NCBI GenBank assembly: GCA_002269645.1
Contig: NIVC01000420.1
Span: forward strand, 434,001 to 498,000
Length of the DNA: 64,000 nt
Origin: Macrostomum lignano
Lineage: Eukaryota
Direction of reading: 5' to 3'
Part shown: positions 61,301 through 64,000 of the stretch, one piece after another
Layout: each line of letters opens with the position of its first letter
Numbering within the stretch: the stretch's first letter is position 1
Position numbers and translations under genes: made by a program
The notes under the pieces: model-generated
Databases searched by the model: none
The model's input: the letters and a program-made list of their open reading frames with translations, nothing else
What the model was told of the DNA's origin: nothing

Positions 61301-63830
61301 AGGACCATAGACAGTACACTATCATCAAGGCTACAGACCTGCACAATATTGGCCCTGCGAACGTTAATCCTCAGGTACATATTGTGATCGCTGTGCAGCA
61401 TCAGCGACTGCAGCAGCGCCCCTCGACGCTCTCTAAACATGCGAATCCTGGAGTCTAAGTACAGAGCCACGCTCTTGGTGAAGGTGGTCAGCAGGAACGG
61501 ATGATTTAAGAAGCTGAATGGCGGCATTTCGTCTCGTTGACGATTTGCCAAAGTTGGCGATCGATCCGATTCTAGAAAAAAATTGTAGTCGCGATCAACT
61601 GACATCAGTTCGTTTAAAGTGTCGTTGATGAATTCTTCGTCCGGGATGGCCGGGCGGATGCAGTCGGCTGGGCGACGAAAGCAGAGCTGTTCGGCCAGAG
61701 GGTCCGGCTTCCACAGCTGGTGGCCTTGACGGCGGCGGTCGGGCAGGTTAGTCTGGGGGCGATTGTCAGGGTGGTTTGGTGTCGATTGTCAGGGTGGTTG
61801 ATGTCGATTGTCAGGGTGGTTCGATTTCAATTGTCAGGGTGGTTTGGTGTCGATTGTCAGGTTGGTTCGATTTCGATTGACAGGGTGGTTTGATTCCGAT
61901 TGACAGGGTGGTTTGATTCCGATTGACAGGGTGGTTTGGACCGATCCTCAGGCGGTGTGAGACCGTTTTCAATGTGGTTAAAGAGCGATTTTTAGCTCGT
62001 ACAGTAAATAATTTCTTCAAGGTGATTTTCTATCCAGCCTCAACTCCGTTGCAGAATCGCACAGAAACCTCACCCGATCGTAGAGAGCATTGAGCGAAGC
62101 CAAGAATGTCTCCGTCTTCTCCCGCTCTCGGGCCAATGCCTGTCTAGAGTCAACATCTCCGAGCAGACCAGATGCGTAATAAACCAGCTTAATAACTCGA
62201 CAGACATCGCAAATCACTGCGTCTTCGTTTAAACTGCGCTCTGACTCCTCGCCAGCCTCATTCTCCATCAGTAGGCAGCGCAAAGTCAGGAGCTGCATCA
62301 GCACTAGCAGCAGCATGCGCAGATCCTCCACTGTTTTGTGCCGGCACCAGAAATGAATCTGAGTTTCATTTGTGGTATTAATAACTAGATTATGCTGTAA
62401 CTAATATTACGAATTATAATTTCAACGGAATGTATACTGAAACTATATGTTCAACGAGGCTATGGGAAATCCCTCGATTATACCCATGTACATTGTGACC
62501 AACGGGAATCCCCTAGACTAAGCCCATGTACATTGAGACTAACGGGAATCCCCTAGACTACACCCATGTTCACTGAGACCAACGGGAATCCCTAGAAAGT
62601 ATCCATGTACATTGAGACTATCGGAAATCCCTAGATCCCAACTAGTGTACATTGGATTCACTTGGAATCCTTATATTCTAGCCATGTACATTTGAAGAAT
62701 CTAAATAGTACATAGATAGACAGTAGAGATAAAACTGGGGCTGACAAAAGAGACAGTCATAGGTGCAGATTCGAACTGAAGCAATGCACAATTTAGTATC
62801 TAAACAATATTGCACGAACCAGGGCAGCCTGATGCTCTGTAGGCAGCCGACCAGCCAGCATGCATATTGACGGCACCACAGTTTCCATATTGTTCGGATC
62901 GAATAGCACAGAGAATTCAAACAGTACAGCAGCGACGCACAGATGCAAGGGTCTAGGATGATCCGACAGTTCTAATCGTACTTGGCGGCAAAGAAAGTTC
63001 ACGGAACCGCACAGGGGATCCATCACGGATTTCTCGTAAGGAATCAACCGCGTGAGAGTGTGCACGCAGTGAACATCGATACGGGCCAGAGCATCGGCCG
63101 CATTCTTCTCAGACAGTTCGCTCTCGTGCTTCTCGTGGACACCGTCGTCGTCGACGCCGTGCGACGGTCTGAAAGCTTCGACGGTGCGCTCTGGCGAGGT
63201 GAACACGCTGCTGAGCAGGCGGATCAACGGCTGCTTGTCTGGCTGGCCGGACATCCGACGCAAGGTGGCCTCGTTGAACACTTCGTCAATTGGAGGAGGC
63301 GAAGGCAGCGGCTGCTGCTGCTGGTTAAGCCTAACCGACTCGCTCTGATTCTCATTCATAGCTGACGAATTATGGGACTCTACAGTTTGCATCCCCAGCA
63401 CCTCGCGGTTCGGTGTTGGAGCAAAAGCCACCGCTGCTGCTGCACCAACCTCGCTATCGTCAATGTCCATCATAGCCATTGCTGCCCCTTCGCTGACGCT
63501 ACCAACGCTGCTTCTGCTTTCGCCGCCTCCGCCGCTGCCGCCGCCGGAACTTTCCAGCACAATGGGCGGCGACACGGACCTCTTGCCTGAATTTGATGAA
63601 GTCTGCCTCACAAGACTGGCATTGCCGCAGACTGCAGTATCTGATTTGGCCAATTCTACAGCCAGCAAAGCTAAAGAATTATTATTTCCACCCAGTTGAG
63701 AGTGCCGAAACTGCTGACTAGATGCACAATGCGGACTCAAGCAGCTGGCGTCGCCGCATCCAACTGTGAGTCTTTGAAAATGATCTTTGATGCTGATGGC
63801 AATTCGTTCTCGAGATGAAGACGCTGCCAT
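55354..63830 (-). CDS. UBE3A: HECT E3 ubiquitin ligase UBE3A/E6AP, 8 exons, ~911 aa
   Basis: Exons 63830-62820, 62358-62074, 61752-61339, 59996-59631, 58174-58010, 57498-57343, 56496-56279 and 55474-55354; GT-AG, phase-consistent, 2736 nt. Motifs: AZUL Zn finger '[19 protein letters not shown]...AVC'; HECT '[27 protein letters not shown]'; catalytic '[17 protein letters not shown]' and terminal 'SKGFGML*'. Confidence 0.95.
55530..56258 (+). repeat. 49-bp minisatellite, UBE3A intron 7
   Basis: Unit GAGGACATTGTCAGACATAAATAACAGATCACACTACTGACAGTAGAT(T/A). Confidence 0.95.
56530..57292 (+). repeat. Two adjacent minisatellites (23-26 bp GGTGAGCTGGCTGTGTCAGACTC; 24 bp TGACAGCTTGTGTCAGACAGAAGT), UBE3A intron 6
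   Basis: Tandem periodicity. Confidence 0.95.
57555..57965 (+). repeat. 44-bp minisatellite, UBE3A intron 5
   Basis: Unit ACCTCTGTAGATACCCATGTACCCAATTCCACCACCAGTTAATT. Confidence 0.95.
58285..59612 (+). repeat. 26-bp minisatellite (AGAGAAATTCCCCAGTCCATCAACCA), UBE3A intron 4
   Basis: Period 26. Confidence 0.97.
60070..61338 (+). repeat. 40-bp minisatellite (AGGACCATAGACAGTCTACCATCATCAAAGCTACAGACAA), UBE3A intron 3
   Basis: Period 40; the last unit provides the donor GTCTGT on the minus strand. Confidence 0.97.
61755..61940 (+). repeat. ~21-22-bp minisatellite (GATTGTCAGGGTGGTTTGGTGTC), UBE3A intron 2
   Basis: Tandem units; the first unit GGGGGCGATTGTCAGGGTGGTTTG resembles the 4490-5130 family. 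Confidence 0.85.
62460..62700 (+). repeat. 40-bp degenerate minisatellite, UBE3A intron 1
   Basis: Recurring CCCATGTACATTGAGACTAACGGGAATCCCCTAGACTA. Confidence 0.85.
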
Positions 63831-64000
63831 TTGTCCTTTGATGCTTCTTATGCTCTAGAGAGACAGTCTTAGTAACTGGTTGAGTCCAATGAAAAATTAA
63901 TTAGTGGGCATTTTTGTATAGATATAATGGAAAACATTGATTTTGTTACATATCTTGCTTCAAGGTGAGAATGAGATTAAAAAGTTTTGGATTCTATTTA

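Noticed and set aside
63700-63770. AZUL 'CASS' in place of human 'CASC' as loss of a zinc ligand
   Set aside because: To my knowledge the fourth ligand is the distal Cys (human 'AKLCD'), which is retained here as 'TAVCG'.

Overview
Eukaryotic (invertebrate metazoan) genomic DNA. The GC-rich exons, GT-AG introns and minisatellite-filled introns resemble the flatworm Macrostomum; this is an inference, not a database result. I reconstructed four spliced genes by hand with phase-consistent splice sites: a JIP3/JIP4-like JNK/kinesin scaffold (minus, 1371-8568, apparently without the C-terminal beta-propeller), a WDR87-like WD40 protein (plus, 12085-23310, 19 exons, ~1509 aa), a TRPA1-like channel (minus, 26419-~50247, with a ~120-aa extracellular pore-turret insertion), and UBE3A/E6AP (minus, 55354-63830, 8 exons, ~911 aa). 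Most long introns hold their own minisatellite (10-50 bp units), often running up to or into the splice site. Mobile DNA includes a DD34D mariner fragment, three hAT-like MITEs (one carrying 41 perfect 28-mers), a TA-flanked TIR element carrying a 178-bp tandem array, a tRNA-Glu-derived SINE, a retroposon with an 11-bp TSD and (AAC)n tail, a 154-bp palindrome, and two copies of an unidentified repeat with coding-like substitution patterns. There is no CRISPR, rRNA or intact tRNA. Coordinates were counted by eye and may be off by a few bases.
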